Shown here: piece after piece, positions 35,935-49,000 of the stretch
How positions within the stretch are numbered: position 1 is the stretch's first letter
How the letters are laid out: every line of letters starts with the position of its first letter
Origin: Guillardia theta CCMP2712
Taxonomy: Eukaryota > Protista > Cryptophyta
Assembly (NCBI RefSeq): GCF_000315625.1
Contig: NW_005434575.1
Location: forward strand, 173,236-237,235
DNA: 64,000 nt
Direction of reading: 5' to 3'
Position numbers and translations under genes: made by a program
Notes under the pieces: model-generated
Told to the model about the DNA's origin: nothing
Seen by the model: only the letters and a program-made list of their open reading frames with translations
Database searches by the model: none

Positions 35935-36558
35935 ATGCCCCACTGGGGAAAGCTGTCCTTCAGCAAGAACGGAGTCCGACCAGTGAACAGNNNNNNNNNN
36001 NNNNNNNNNNNNNNNNNNNNNNNNNNNNNNNNNNNNNNNNNNNNNNNNNNNNNNNNNNNNNNNNNNNNNNNNNNNNNNNNNNNNNNNNNNCCATCACCTC
36101 CTTTCCTTCTCTCCCTCCCTCCTCTCCCACCATGACGCAAGGAGCAGGCTCCAGCAGACACCTCTGTCTTCCTCACCGTCCGTCCAGCGCTGAAGGAGCG
36201 AGGAGACTGTCGAGTCTCTTCATTCGGATACATCGGCAGCTACATCAATGTGAGCAACCTTTCGCCCGTGCTCCTTCAGCTGACTGATCTTCCGAAGGAG
36301 CTGAAGTCGATCCTCGACTTGTGGAAGCAGAAGGATGTGGGGGACGTCGTCAGGTCCATCCTCTGCCCCCGCAAGGACTTCCTCGGCGACTACGTCCTCC
36401 AGCCCCTCATACCGAAAGTTCCCGTCAACAGCTGCCAGAAAGTCGTGGTCATGTCGCTCAAACATGCTCTAGAGAAGGTTCAGGGCCCTCCAGGTGCTGC
36501 CCAGCTCACATTTCGACATGCTTTCACTCTCCTTCTACCCTCCTTCTCCCTCTGCTCT

Positions 36559-36630
<72 letters not shown>

Positions 36631-37367
36631 TCCTGCTCCTGCTCCTGCCCTTGTCGCTTCCCCTTCTCCTACCCATACATTATTTTGTCGCTGCTCGACC
36701 GCCCTCATCGTGTTTCCTGCGTCGTCCTTGTACTCACAGCTGCTGAGCAGGCACTGGGAAGTCAACGACGATCTTCCACATCATCTCTTCAAGGCTTTCT
36801 CCCTCCTCCCGCGTGCTCGTAACGTGCTCCCGCAACGTCGCCATCGAGTCGCTCGTACAGAAGCTCGAGTCGCACTTCAGCTCTTCCATGCTCGTCTTCG
36901 GCAACGTCACGCGCATTGGGGAGACGGCCTGTAAGTACCTCCTTGATGCCCGAGCCGAGAACGACCCCATCCTCGCCCAGCTAGTGTCCAGCACTGAGAC
37001 GCTCCGGTACTTCTGCTCTGTGATCCAGACGGAGTTTGCGGGCAAGGTGGCGATCAGTAGGCGTGCGCCCCTGCGATGGCAGCGAGCGTGGAGGAGGCAC
37101 ATGGAGAGGAGATACGAGAGGGAGCTGCTCTTCTTCGAGTGGGGCATGCGAATCATGTCGCTGTTCGAGACGTTCCAGTCGCTGAGGGGGAGGGAGAGCA
37201 GGAGGGAGCTGCTGCGGTCCAACAGGATCTTCCTCTGCACCGTTGCCAGCACTGGGTCGATGATCCGGGTGTGGGATGAGTTTGTCAGCGAGGCTCTCGA
37301 TGTCCACACGGTGAGAATTTGTCTTCCTTCCTCTTCGTTTGCTCCTGCTCACACTGTCGGCTCATCG

Positions 37368-37398
<31 letters not shown>

Positions 37399-40300
37399 TA
37401 TTCCCCCCTCCTTCCTCCCGGTTCCCCCTCCCCTCCTCTTCTCCCGCCGTCTCTGTGTCTTGCTCCAGCTCGCCTCCCAACTGTCACCAGCTGCCTCCTC
37501 CTCTTGACCTCCTGCCTCAATCAGGTTATCGTGGACGAGTGCGGCTGCACCCCTGAGTCCAGCGTCGCCCTCCTGCTTCGTTTCTCCCCCAAGAACCTCA
37601 TCCTCATTGGCGACCACAAGCAGCTTCCTCCTACCTCCATGATCTCTCCGCAGGTGAGGAGGAGGAGGAGGAGGAGGAGGAGCAGGGCAGGCGGCGGGAG
37701 GGGGGAAGGGGGGAAGAAGAGGAGGAAGAGGAGGCCCTCTCCTGCTCTTCCGTGACTTGCAGGAGCAGGAGAGTCACGGTACAGGGCATGTTCGGTCCCT
37801 CCTTGAGCGCTGCATCCTCTCCAGTGGCTCCTACCACAAGTTGAAGGAACAGGCAAGCGATTTGCCTTTCTTCTCTCCCCATCCACCGTCTCCTTCTTCT
37901 GCTACTTCTCCCGCTCCTGCTTCCGCTCCCATCACAGATGCTCTCTACTATCTTCCCATCCTCTCTCTTCCTTCGCCCTCCTCTTCTCATCCTTCTACTT
38001 GCCGCCTCCTCACCCGTAAGGTTCTTATCGGCTCCTTCAGTATCGGATGCATGATAAGATCTGCGATGTTGTATCCGAGAGATTTTACAACGGCAGTTTG
38101 ATCACCAACAAAGAAATCAGCCGCATCAGGAGGCAGACTTCTGCCCATCCCTTGGTACTTCTTGTTTCTCTTCTGCTCCTGCTGCTGCTTTTCTCTTCCC
38201 CTTTTAGCTTTTTCAACCTTGTCCTCCTTCTCTCCTGCCTTGTCTTCTTCTCCCCTCTTCCCTCCCTCCAACTCTTACCTGGTCGTCTCCTCTGCTCCTC
38301 CTCGGTCTCCTCGCTGTTATCCACCCTTCTTATCGGACTCAATCTCCTCCTCATCATCGATATCCCTCCCTCTTCCTCCTCTCCGAGCTCATGGGCGCGC
38401 AGGTTTGGGTCTCAACCTTTGGAGCAGAGGATGTGAGCGAGCGGTCAAAGTCCTACTACAATCAGGAGGAGGTGGACGCCTGCGTCAGGGTTGCCAAGAG
38501 CCTGCGAGGAAAGGATCCTTTCTCCTCCATCGCCATCCTCGCCTTTTACAGGGGGCAGGTGCAGGAGGTGGCGAAGAGGGTCGGGGAGGAGGAGCGAGTG
38601 GAGGTGATGACGGTGGACTCGTGTCAAGGGAGCGAGTTCGAGCATGTAGTCCTGTCCCTCGTCCGATCCAACAGGATGGGCAAGTTGGGGTTCGTGAAGG
38701 ACAAGCAAAGAATCAATGTCGCCATCTCTCGCGCCAAGAAGTCGCTGGTCATAGTCGGCAACGAGAGGATGGCATCTTCCGATGAGGACTGGGCTGCCGT
38801 GTGCCGAGCTTGCGAATCGCTTCCCCTTGACAGCTTCGACCTCTCCTCCTTCCCTCCTCCTCCTCCTCCTCTTGTCAAGAAAGACGTCCCCCGTGCCCCC
38901 CCGATGGAAGGAGGAGCGCGCTTGCCGGTCTACTCGTTGCCGCCACTTCTAGCCGGGGCAGACGAGGAGGAGGAGGAGGAGGAGGAGGAGGAGAACTTGT
39001 ACGATGCCTACTCAAGGGACAGCAGCAGCAGGAGTGGGAGGATGAGAATAGATACGGCAGCAGCCGCTCGATTCATCACGCACGCGATAGGAAGGAGCGG
39101 AGTTCTCCCTCCTCTCCCCTCCAAGCCCGAGCCTCGTGCCTCCTCCTGGGCCAAGGCGATCAAGATGGGTGGTGGCGGCGGCAAGAGCGGCAACAGGGTG
39201 ACTGGCGGGGGAGGAAGGAGCAACGGAGGAGGAAAGAGCGTCGGAGAAAGTTGTGGCGTTAAAGGGAAAAGGAACGAAGAGGGGAGGAGAAAGCAGGAGG
39301 AGACGTGCGCTGAGTGTGGGATCCGAGGAGACGGCCTGGAGCAGGACGAAGACAACCCTGGCACCTATTACTGCCTGGACTGCTGGTTCTCGTGGCAGGA
39401 GGAGGAGGAGAGGAAGGAGCAGGGGCTGTTGGGGATCCGTGAGGAGAGGAGGGAGGAGAGGAGGGAGGAGAGGAGGGAGGAGAGAATTGAAGGGCTGACT
39501 GAGGAGTCACTAGTTGACATCTTCGGGAACAGGAGGGAGGTGGAGGAGGTGCTGCGGAACTTTGCGGGGTTGGAGGACCGGCTGGAGAGGACCTTCACCG
39601 TGCTACTAGAGCGAAATTCTGCCAAAGACTTCTTCGCGGAGGAGGAGGGAGAGGATGTGGAGCTTGAATGGGACTACTTCCATGTGGACGAGGGAGAGGA
39701 GGAGGAGGGAGAGGAGGAGGAGGAGGAAGAGGAGGAGGAGGAGGAGGAGGAGGAAATCTTGAGTGTAAAGTCAGGGCATCGCACTGGAGCTGAACAGAAT
39801 TCCACGAGAAATTCTCGACCCGGAGCAGGAGCGGGAGCAGAAGTGGGAAAACGACCAGGGAAACAAGAGGGGCAAGGAAGTGGAGAAGTGAAGGGGAAAG
39901 GAGCAGAAAAAGGAGCAGGGAGATTGGAGAGGCAAGCATCGGGAAACGGGAAAGGAAAGGGGACTGGGAAAGGGGAGAAAACGGGAGCGGGAGGGGAAAG
40001 GCAGGGGGACGAAGCAGGAGGAAAAGGACCGGGAGTGAAGAAGGGAACTGGAAGAGAAGTGCATGGGAGAGCGGTAACCAAGGGGGCAAAGGGAGCAGCG
40101 TCGGCGGAAGTGGACACAGCAGCAGCAACCACAACAAGAGCAGCAGGTGCAGGTGCAGGTGCAGGTACAGGTGCAGGTGCAGGTGCAGGTGCAGGAGCAG
40201 GAGCAGGAGGAGCAGCAAGCGAGGAGAAGCTGTGTCAGGAGTGCGAAAAGATTGGGATGGGTGCCGTTGACCCGGAAGATGAGCTCTTCTACTGCGACGC

Positions 40301-40616
40301 CTGCTGGAGTCTCTACCTTGAAGACGACAAGGAGGAGGAGGAGGAGGAGGAGGAGAAGAAAGTGGAGGAGGAGGAGGAGGAGGAGGAGGAGGAGGAGGAC
40401 GACGAGGAGGAGGACAGCAAGAATCCTACTCGCCTCCAGCTGATTTCAGAGCTGAGGAGGTTGCTGGCAAGAGATGAGGACTGGAGGAGTCTTGACGAAG
40501 AAGTGATGGCGGCGGCGATGCTGTCGGCTGGGACGGAGGAGGAGTGGAAGGAACTGCTGCGAAATAGCATGGGGAGGATGCGGAAAGTTGATCAGTTCTC
40601 ACGGCGATCATGGTAG
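35935..40616 (+). CDS. UPF1/SEN1-like superfamily 1 helicase with acidic C-terminal tail and two C4 zinc-finger-like motifs (start crosses a gap)
   Basis: VQGPPG|TGKST, IFLCTVAS, VIVDECG, LIGDHKQLPP, SLLER, EQ|YRMH..IC..VSERFY, FYRGQV, TVDSCQGSE, RINVAISRAK. Confidence 0.9.
35991..36090. other. Assembly gap
   Basis: Run of N. Confidence 1.
36560..36646. repeat. (CTGCTC)n intronic microsatellite
   Basis: Direct reading. Confidence 0.9.
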
Positions 40617-40725
40617 GAGGAGGCGGGGAGGGAGGGGAGAGAGAGACGAGACGAGGAGAGGGAATAGGTGGGCAGAGGAGGGGAGGGGATGGGAGGAAAG
40701 CAGTTTGGAGGGAAGAGCTGAACCA

Positions 40726-41510
40726 NNNNNNNNNNNNNNNNNNNNNNNNNNNNNNNNNNNNNNNNNNNNNNNNNNNNNNNNNNNNNNNNNNNNNNNNNNN
40801 NNNNNNNNNNNNNNNNNNNNNNNNNNNNNNNNNNNNNNNNNNNNNNNNNNNNNNNNNNNNNNNNNNNNNNNNNNNNNNNNNNNNNNNNNNNNNNNNNNNN
40901 NNNNNNNNNNNNNNNNNNNNNNNNNNNNNNNNNNNNNNNNNNNNNNNNNNNNNNNNNNNNNNNNNNNNNNNNNNNNNNNNNNNNNNNNNNNNNNNNNNNN
41001 NNNNNNNNNNNNNNNNNNNNNNNNNNNNNNNNNNNNNNNNNNNNNNNNNNNNNNNNNNNNNNNNNNNNNNNNNNNNNNNNNNNNNNNNNNNNNNNNNNNN
41101 NNNNNNNNNNNNNNNNNNNNNNNNNNNNNNNNNNNNNNNNNNNNNNNNNNNNNNNNNNNNNNNNNNNNNNNNNNNNNNNNNNNNNNNNNNNNNNNNNNNN
41201 NNNNNNNNNNNNNNNNNNNNNNNNNNNNNNNNNNNNNNNNNNNNNNNNNNNNNNNNNNNNNNNNNNNNNNNNNNNNNNNNNNNNNNNNNNNNNNNNNNNN
41301 NNNNNNNNNNNNNNNNNNNNNNNNNNNNNNNNNNNNNNNNNNNNNNNNNNNNNNNNNNNNNNNNNNNNNNNNNNNNNNNNNNNNNNNNNNNNNNNNNNNN
41401 NNNNNNNNNNNNNNNNNNNNNNNNNNNNNNNNNNNNNNNNNNNNNNNNNNNNNNNNNNNNNNNNNNNNNNNNNNNNNNNNNNNNNNNNNNNNNNNNNNNN
41501 NNNNNNNNNN
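40726..41510. other. Assembly gap
   Basis: Run of N. Confidence 1.
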
Positions 41511-41701
41511 TGGAAGAAGGAGGAGGTGAAGGTGGAGGAAGGAGAAAGGAGAAAGAGGAGGAGAAGGAGGAGGAGAAGGAAAGAGAGGAAGAGGAGAAGG
41601 AGGAGAAGGAGGATGTGGGAGAGGAAGGAGAGGAAATCCATCACAAACGCAGATGATCACAAACGCAGGAGGACGAGGCGACAGGGGAAGACGGTCAAGG
41701 T

Positions 41702-44684
41702 TCAGACCCTCACCGATCGCATACTAGTCGCCATCCTCGAGACTGCTGGGGCCGAGCTCGCCGCCTGCTGGGCGAGTCATGAGGAGGGGGGGGGTAGACC
41801 CCAGCAGAGCAGACGCACCTCCTCCCCTCCACCGTTTTGAAGAGTTTGACCAGTTTGCGGCTTGTCCGCCTGCGAGCAAGGAGCGTTACGGGAGAACGGC
41901 TGGCAGGTGCACACCAGCTGGGCGTGTTTGACAAGGTCGTTGAGGGACATGGCGGGTCGGGTGTAGGGAGCTGGGGGCAGCCCGCAGATGTCGAAGTCGT
42001 CGTTGCTGAGGATGTGGAATCCTCTGAAAGGAAAGTGAGTGAGTGAAGCAGGGAGGGAGGAGGTCAGGGGGAGGAGAAAGGCGGGAGAGGAGGAGGAGGA
42101 GGAGGAACAGAAGCAGGCGGGGCGGGACCTTGAAGGTGGTGGTGGTGGAGGAGGAGGAGGAGAAGGTGGTGGTAGTGGTGGTGGAGGTGGAGGTGGTAGT
42201 GGTGGTGGAGGAGGAGAAGGTAGTGGTGGTGATGGTGGAGAAGTCTCACCTGTCCGTGACGTCTTTATATCGCTGGTGAGAGATTCGATTCAACTTGCGC
42301 GTCATCTCCAGGTCGCTCATCTTGTACTATCAAGACAATCTCAGGGGGGATGGGACGAAGAAGGGCCAGGAGGAGGAGGAGGAAGAGGAGGAGGAGCCAG
42401 AGAGTGGAGGAGGAGGAGGCGGAGACAAGTGTCCTCACTTGGTATGCCCGATTATCTTCCTCTCGCTCTGTTATCAACTGCGCATGAAGCAATCATCTCA
42501 AGATCAAGATCAGAAGTTTGTCGCACCTTCGCTTTCATCTCACTCTGAGCGGCTTCATGTGCCTTCAGCGCCTGCAAGCCTCGAATGAGAAGGAGGGAGG
42601 GAGAGCGGATCGAAGTGAACCAGGCACACGGTTGGAGAGAGGGGCAAGTGGAGCCAAGGAGTCAGATAAGGAGGAGAGGAAGGGAGGAGCGATTAGAGGA
42701 GGGAAGACGGGAGACGAGGTGCAAGAATAGATGCGAGGGGCGACAAGACTGGAGCAGGAGCATACGTTGAGACGGTCTTCATCTTTGACTAGATGCGACG
42801 TGATGTTAAACATCGTGGATTCACTTTGCTGGCACGTCATCATCAGGCAGTTCCCCTCGAGCAAGACAAGCTTCGGCCCACCTGATAGGTCGGAGGCAAT
42901 TTCTTGATCCAATCCTTCCCCCTGATCCCAGAGATCTCAGCACAGGTGAGATGGAAAGGAAGCGAAGAACAAGGGAACCTCCGCAGCAAGTTCTCCTTCA
43001 TGGTGGACTGGAAAGCCTCTTCCTTTTCTTCATCGGTGTACCTCACTTTGATCGCATCAAACTCGCGCCTGCGAGTGGGCAGTGTGACGGTCAGGAGCCA
43101 ACATTTCCCAGCTCCCATGTCAAAGTACCCTTTCCAGAACCTCTTCATGACATCCTGTCGTTCCTTGTCCGCCTCGAACCTCATCCTCTCTCCGTGATGC
43201 TCCTTGTACGTGTTGCTGATGATATCGAACTCTCTCGGTCGGTTCACGTTGGTCAGGAAGGGTTGCTTCCGAGGAGGCGAAGGGATACGAGGAGGCCGGA
43301 GAGCGGGAGGTGCCTTGCGAATGAGCCTTCAGAAGCTTTGTTTGCAAGGAGGGAGCTTTTCTTCACTCACCCAGTGATGGTCGGCGTATTTGAGTGTGGA
43401 GATGATGTTGTAGTCGGTGTGGTTTGCGACCACCTATTCCAAGTCATTGTCTCCTGCACAACAGCGACAACTCTTGCCAGAGAGGGGGGTTTGGTCCGTG
43501 GAACAAACTTCACTTCATGGATATGTCCTCTCTTGGGCTGGTGGGTGATGATGTCAAACTTCTGTTCCAGCTGGACCTGGACACCTTGACTCAGACCTCA
43601 CTTTCTTCACCTCCACTGCCAGCTACCTGCCGATCCCAGGCGTCGTTGAGCATGTGCTTTTGATTCTGCAGCTCCATGGTTGAGATCATGTCCTCAGTCG
43701 CCTGATCCCGGAACCGTTGCAAGATAGGATCAACTACAACAAAGAGTCATCCCGACAAATCCTTGACATCCTCGTTCAGTCGCTTGCCTATAATTTCCTC
43801 TCGTTTCTTGTAGTAGTTGGTGACATAGTGCGGTTTCTCGACTTCCCCAGCACTTGGCGGAGCATTCTTCGCCGCCTTGTAGGCCTTGATCCCCTCCTCC
43901 CTGTATCAACGAACGTTCAACACATCACGCAGCACTGACTCATGGCTCAGATAGTGTGGAGGTAGTGCCGGGTGTTGAGGGCGGGAGGAGGAGCAGGCGC
44001 GAGATGCGAGTGAGGACCGTGAGGGAGTGAGGTGGGGGATGAGGCGAAGAGGGGACAGTGAGGAAAGAGAAAAAGGAGGGAGGAGGAGGGAGGGGAGGGG
44101 AAGGGAAGGGGAAAAGGAGAAAAGGGGGAAGGGGCGAAAAAGGGAAGGGAGGAAAAAAGGAAGGGGAGGGAAGGGAGGGAAGGGGAGGGAGAAGGGAGGA
44201 GAAAGGAGGGNNNNNNNNNNNNNNNNNNNNNNNNNNNNNNNNNNNNNNNNNNNNNNNNNNNNNNNNNNNNNNNNNNNNNNNNNNNNNNNNNNNNNNNNNN
44301 NNNNNNNNNNTACACCTCAATTATGCCCTGGTACAACAGTAATTTGTACGGGTGTCATATAAGACTACCCGTATAATTTATACCCCACCCCTTTAAATTG
44401 ACAACCCAAGAATCAAAGCGACAAAGCTTTCCCGGGTGAGATGCGGAGGGAACAAGAAGGACAGAAGAGAGAAGGAAGGGAGAGAGGAGGGAGAAGAGAC
44501 GGGAAGAGAAGGGAGAAGGAAGAAGATGAGGGTGGAGAAAAGGAGAGGAGGTAGATGGAGGAGATCGTAGCGGGAGGGAGGGAGGGAGGGAGGGAGGGAG
44601 GGAGGGAGGGAGGGAGGGAGGGAGGGAGGGAGGGCACCAGCTCGCGGCGTCGTGCATGACCGTCATGTCTTTCAACGAGCTCAT
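41702..44684 (-). CDS. Hypothetical protein with repeated [FY]x(I)[IL][ST][NH] motifs, possibly axonemal; first exon tentative across a gap
   Basis: Exons give VDPILQRFRD, QKFDIITH, DYNIISTLKYADHHW, REFDIISNTYKEHH..KRFWK, MFNITSH, GFHILSN. Confidence 0.55.
44211..44310. other. Assembly gap
   Basis: Run of N. Confidence 1.
44572..44634. repeat. (GGGA)n microsatellite
   Basis: Direct reading. Confidence 0.9.
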
Positions 44685-46007
44685 GTTGACTGCTCTGCTC
44701 CTGCTACCACCCCCCTCCCCATTCACCCCTATAAAATCCCGTCAAAAGTACGGGTGGACATCGATGTCAATCTTTTTTTTCTGCAGTCCGTTGGTCGCCG
44801 TTGGGAAAAGAATGTCAGTTGTAACGGCTTTTGACTCGTTTGACAGTATCCGTTACAAAGGTGAGCAGACCGTTACGCGGTGGTGAAAAAAGACGGTTAC
44901 AAAACGGTTGATGAGGGCGAACGCACGGACCGTCAGCTGCTGACAGCACAAGACCATTCGAGCGCGATAAGAGATACAACGAGGGTGGTTGAAAACTGGT
45001 CGGAAGTAGGGGTACTCCAAAAGTGGTCTCCTTCAGATATGCGTATCTCGAAATTGCCTAGAATCATTTCAAGTTTGAACAGAGCATTTGATTGCTTCGG
45101 GAAACTAGCGGAACCCTTCCATGTCGTCAGCGGTTGTCCTACAAACAGGGCTGTCTGTAAGTCTCATTCCGACCTTTGTAATCGAAATAAGAAGCTTTCG
45201 ATGTAGATTTAAACGAGATCGAGTTCCTTAGCGAAACCACTCGAGTTCATCTAGTCAGTGATTCCTTGAAGTAAGCTGTTTTTGATGCTTTCTCCGAGCA
45301 GCTATAATCAATTTTAAGTTTTGCTACACCCCTAGCGACCCTAAGACCAATGACTTGTCCCTAAGACTAAAATATCAAAGTAATATTGCCCCTATGACCT
45401 GTCTAGCACTCGTCATAGGCGGAAGTTAGGATTCCTAGAACCAATGATTGAAACACCCCTCCCAATCAGAAACGGTCATAGGGTCTGCCTATGTCAACCA
45501 AGGGTACTGGAAAATTCCTATGGTGATAGCTAAGACCGGGTCTTAGGAAGAAGAGAGGAATAGTTTGGGGGAGAGGATGCCGAGGAATGGAAGAATGGGA
45601 GGGAAGGGGCGCGCGTGTTATGGCGGCAGGAGGGAATGGCAGGAGAACGACAGGTGTCAGATGAATGGCGGGAGCAGGGAGCGAAGAGGAAAGTCCTGTT
45701 GTTGGTCTCCAGTCTGATGGAAGACATTCTGAAGATGTCCTGAAAAGAAGCATTTTGCTAAGAATGTACTGATTTGTCACTTGATCTAGTTGTTGAGATG
45801 TGACGAGTGAGCTCTGTCAGTGAGATGTTTGTAGCTGAAAGAAACGAGGGAGCCATATTTGCAAATGCAATGTTGTAGAGCGGTTCAATGCATGTGGGTA
45901 CATGGCACTGGCGGCCCGTGACTGCGATGACTGCAAAGGCAATGACTCGGTTTTGCAGGGATTGTTTGAGGAAGTTGTTCTTGCACCTTAGCCGCTCTTG
46001 ACGCAGG

Positions 46008-49000
46008 ATGGGGGCGGTGCCATCGCGCGTGGCCGCCTTGAAGAAGGGGTCGGTCTGCACCTGCCATGGCGTCCCAGTTGCAAAGTTGAAGGGAAGTCAC
46101 TTCGTCTCTTGCGCTTCAGGGGATGGCACCATGATCAGTGGAAACTTTGACCCCGCAGGATGCCTGAATGGCAACGGCGAATGGAGCTCGCCTGATGGCA
46201 GCCAGTACCTCGGTAGTTTCAAGGATGGATATTTCTATGGAGCCGGGAGATTTTCGTGGCCGGATGGGTCAGAGTTTGACGGAAACTTTGATACAGATTG
46301 TCCTCAAAAAGGAATTTTTATCGATGTAGAAGGAGACAAGTACAATGTCACCTACGACGGGATAACCTCTGTCTTCGATCCGAACTTGCAGCCTCTTTCT
46401 TACGAGTATATGAAGCCAGAGATCAGAGCAACGAACACAAGAAGTCTGACAAGACAAACTTCATTCGATCCTTCTGCCCCTCCAAGGGATTCAAAGATTG
46501 TGACTAGGAGGAGGAGGATGAGTACATCTGACACGAAAGCTGCTACGAATAGTTTCCTCCAAGAAATCACACAGTTGAGAAGCGAACATACATCTCGCCG
46601 CAAGACGGTCATGAGCGATGAAGGCGAAGATGATGCAAGAAGCAGCACGAGTGCAGACCTTGAGAACGCTCAAGTAGACTTGCGTCACTCAGACTTTGAT
46701 GATGATGGCGGACATTCCAGCGACGATGAACAAGAGCGACCAAAGGCTCTGAGAAAATATGCGCATAGCTCCGCAAGTTACGAGTTGTTTGACAGCATGA
46801 GCGATCATAGTCGAGTTGCATGTTTCTCAAAGATGCGCCTGAGAACCTTCAAAGATGGTGAAGTGATCATTCATAAAGGCTCTGTCGGAACAACAATGTA
46901 CTTCATCGACGAAGGGGCTGTCAAGGCGATGGTCGAAAATGACATCGCACAAACATTGTGCAGCGGTGATCTCTTTGGAGAAATCGCTTTCCTTGCTACA
47001 TGTAAGAAGTTTATCAAGGACAAGAACGGCAAACCTTCGGGCGGAAAAGATCAGCTTCGAGTATGCGATGTTGTCGCCTCGGGTAATTGCAAGTGCTGGG
47101 AACTGTCAGTCATGGACTTTGTGAGTGTTGTAAATGAGGATCTTGCAGGAAATGCAAGAGTCATGGAAATTTTGTCCAAGAATGTTGAGGAAAGGATCGA
47201 CAGAGTAGATTCCTTGTCACCCAAACCAAGGTTTGAATCTGGATTCCCGGTTCCTGCTCTTGGAGGTGGAAAGTTGAGCAGCGATTTGCCACCTGACATG
47301 AAATCTAGCAAATGCAAATGTCATGGTATTCCTATTCAAATGCTGTCTGGATGGCATCGCGTAGAAGATGACAGGGACGAATCGTACGAAGGAGACTGGC
47401 AAGGTGGCAAGCTGACTGGCTACGGTGAGTGGTTCAGCCCGTCCCGGGGGTCGTATGCGGGCGAGTGGTCCGAGCACCTGTACCATGGGAAGGGCAAGTT
47501 TCGGTTCGCCTCGGGCGAGTGCTATGAGGGAGAGTTCGTGCGAGGCTGCCCCACCATCGGCATCCTCAACAGCGCAGGAGGGGCCCGGATTCAGGTACAG
47601 TTCAACGGCAAGCAGAGCATGCTAGACCCGAGCCTGGCCCCGATCTCCATGCAGCCTGTCACCAATTCAAGTGCGAATTCAAGCTTGAACAACACTCCAG
47701 CACCAAAGGCTCCAAAATCAGAAGGATCAGTTTGCACATGTCATGGGATGCCAGTCATGCAGCTGTCAGGGTGGCATCGCGTGGAGGAGCGGGACGAATC
47801 GTTCGAAGGAGACTGGCAAGGTGGCAAGCTGACTGGCTACGGCGAGTGGTTCAGCCCGTCCCGGGGGTCGTATGCGGGCGAGTGGTCCGAGCACCTGTAC
47901 CATGGGAAGGGCAAGTTTCGGTTCGCCTCGGGCGAGTGCTATGAGGGAGAGTTCGTGCGAGGCTGCCCCACCATCGGCATCCTCAACAGCGCAGGAGGGG
48001 CCCGGATTCAGGTACAGTTCAACGGCAAGCAGAGCATGCTAGACCCGAGCCTGGCCCCGATCTCCATGCAGCCTATCTCTGCAAGTAGCACTCCTTCTCC
48101 AGGATCAAATCAATCGGCAAATGCCATGAGAGGACCAGTTTGCACATGTCATGGGATGCCAGTCATGCAGCTGTCAGGGTGGCATCGCGTGGAGGAACGG
48201 GACGAATCGTTCGAAGGAGACTGGCAAGGTGGCAAGCTGACTGGCTACGGCGAGTGGTTCAGCCCGTCCCGAGGGTCGTATGCGGGCGAGTGGTCCGAGC
48301 AACTGTACCATGGGAAGGGCAAATTCACATTTCCGAGCGGTGAAAAGTTCCAAGGCGAGTTCAACAAGGGATGCCCATTGTTTGGCACTCTTATCAACAC
48401 CGCTGGTTCTGTGCTGCAAGTACAGTTCAATGGGCAGCAGAACATGCTAGACCCGAACCTGGCCCCGATCTCCATGCAGCCCCTCAGGAACCAAGACGAT
48501 AGAAGTCTCGTTGCAATTCCACATGGCCCGCCTGAAGATACTGATGCACGATGTGACTGTCATGGATTGTCGCGTGGTATGTTGGACGGCTTTCACACTG
48601 TGCAGGTGTTTCTAATAGTGTTGGATTGTGGTGATTGATGTTGCGTTGTGCCGATGCGTGCTGTCTCTCTTTGTGTGAACCTTACTGCCTTGATTCTCTC
48701 TTGACCCGGACGTTATTTCTTGCTGCAATTGCTTGATTGTGGACCATTTGCGATCTGAAGTCTCTGACCCTCGTGTGGAACAGACTAACGACTGTACATA
48801 CTACGCTGGAGAATGGGAGAAAGGACAACGACACGGGAATGGCAAGTGGGTCAGCAAGGATTACGGGATCTACAGGGGATACTGGAGCCATGGCAACATG
48901 CACGGTGACGGGGCGTTCACATGGCCAGAGGGACATCAGTTCGAAGGGAACTTTGTCGAAGGCTGCCCACAGAAAGGGATCATCACAACATCCACAGGCA

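Noticed and set aside
40588-41660. Long ORFs spanning N runs, and poly-L/S/E ORFs in microsatellites
   Set aside because: Artefacts of gaps and low-complexity intronic repeats.
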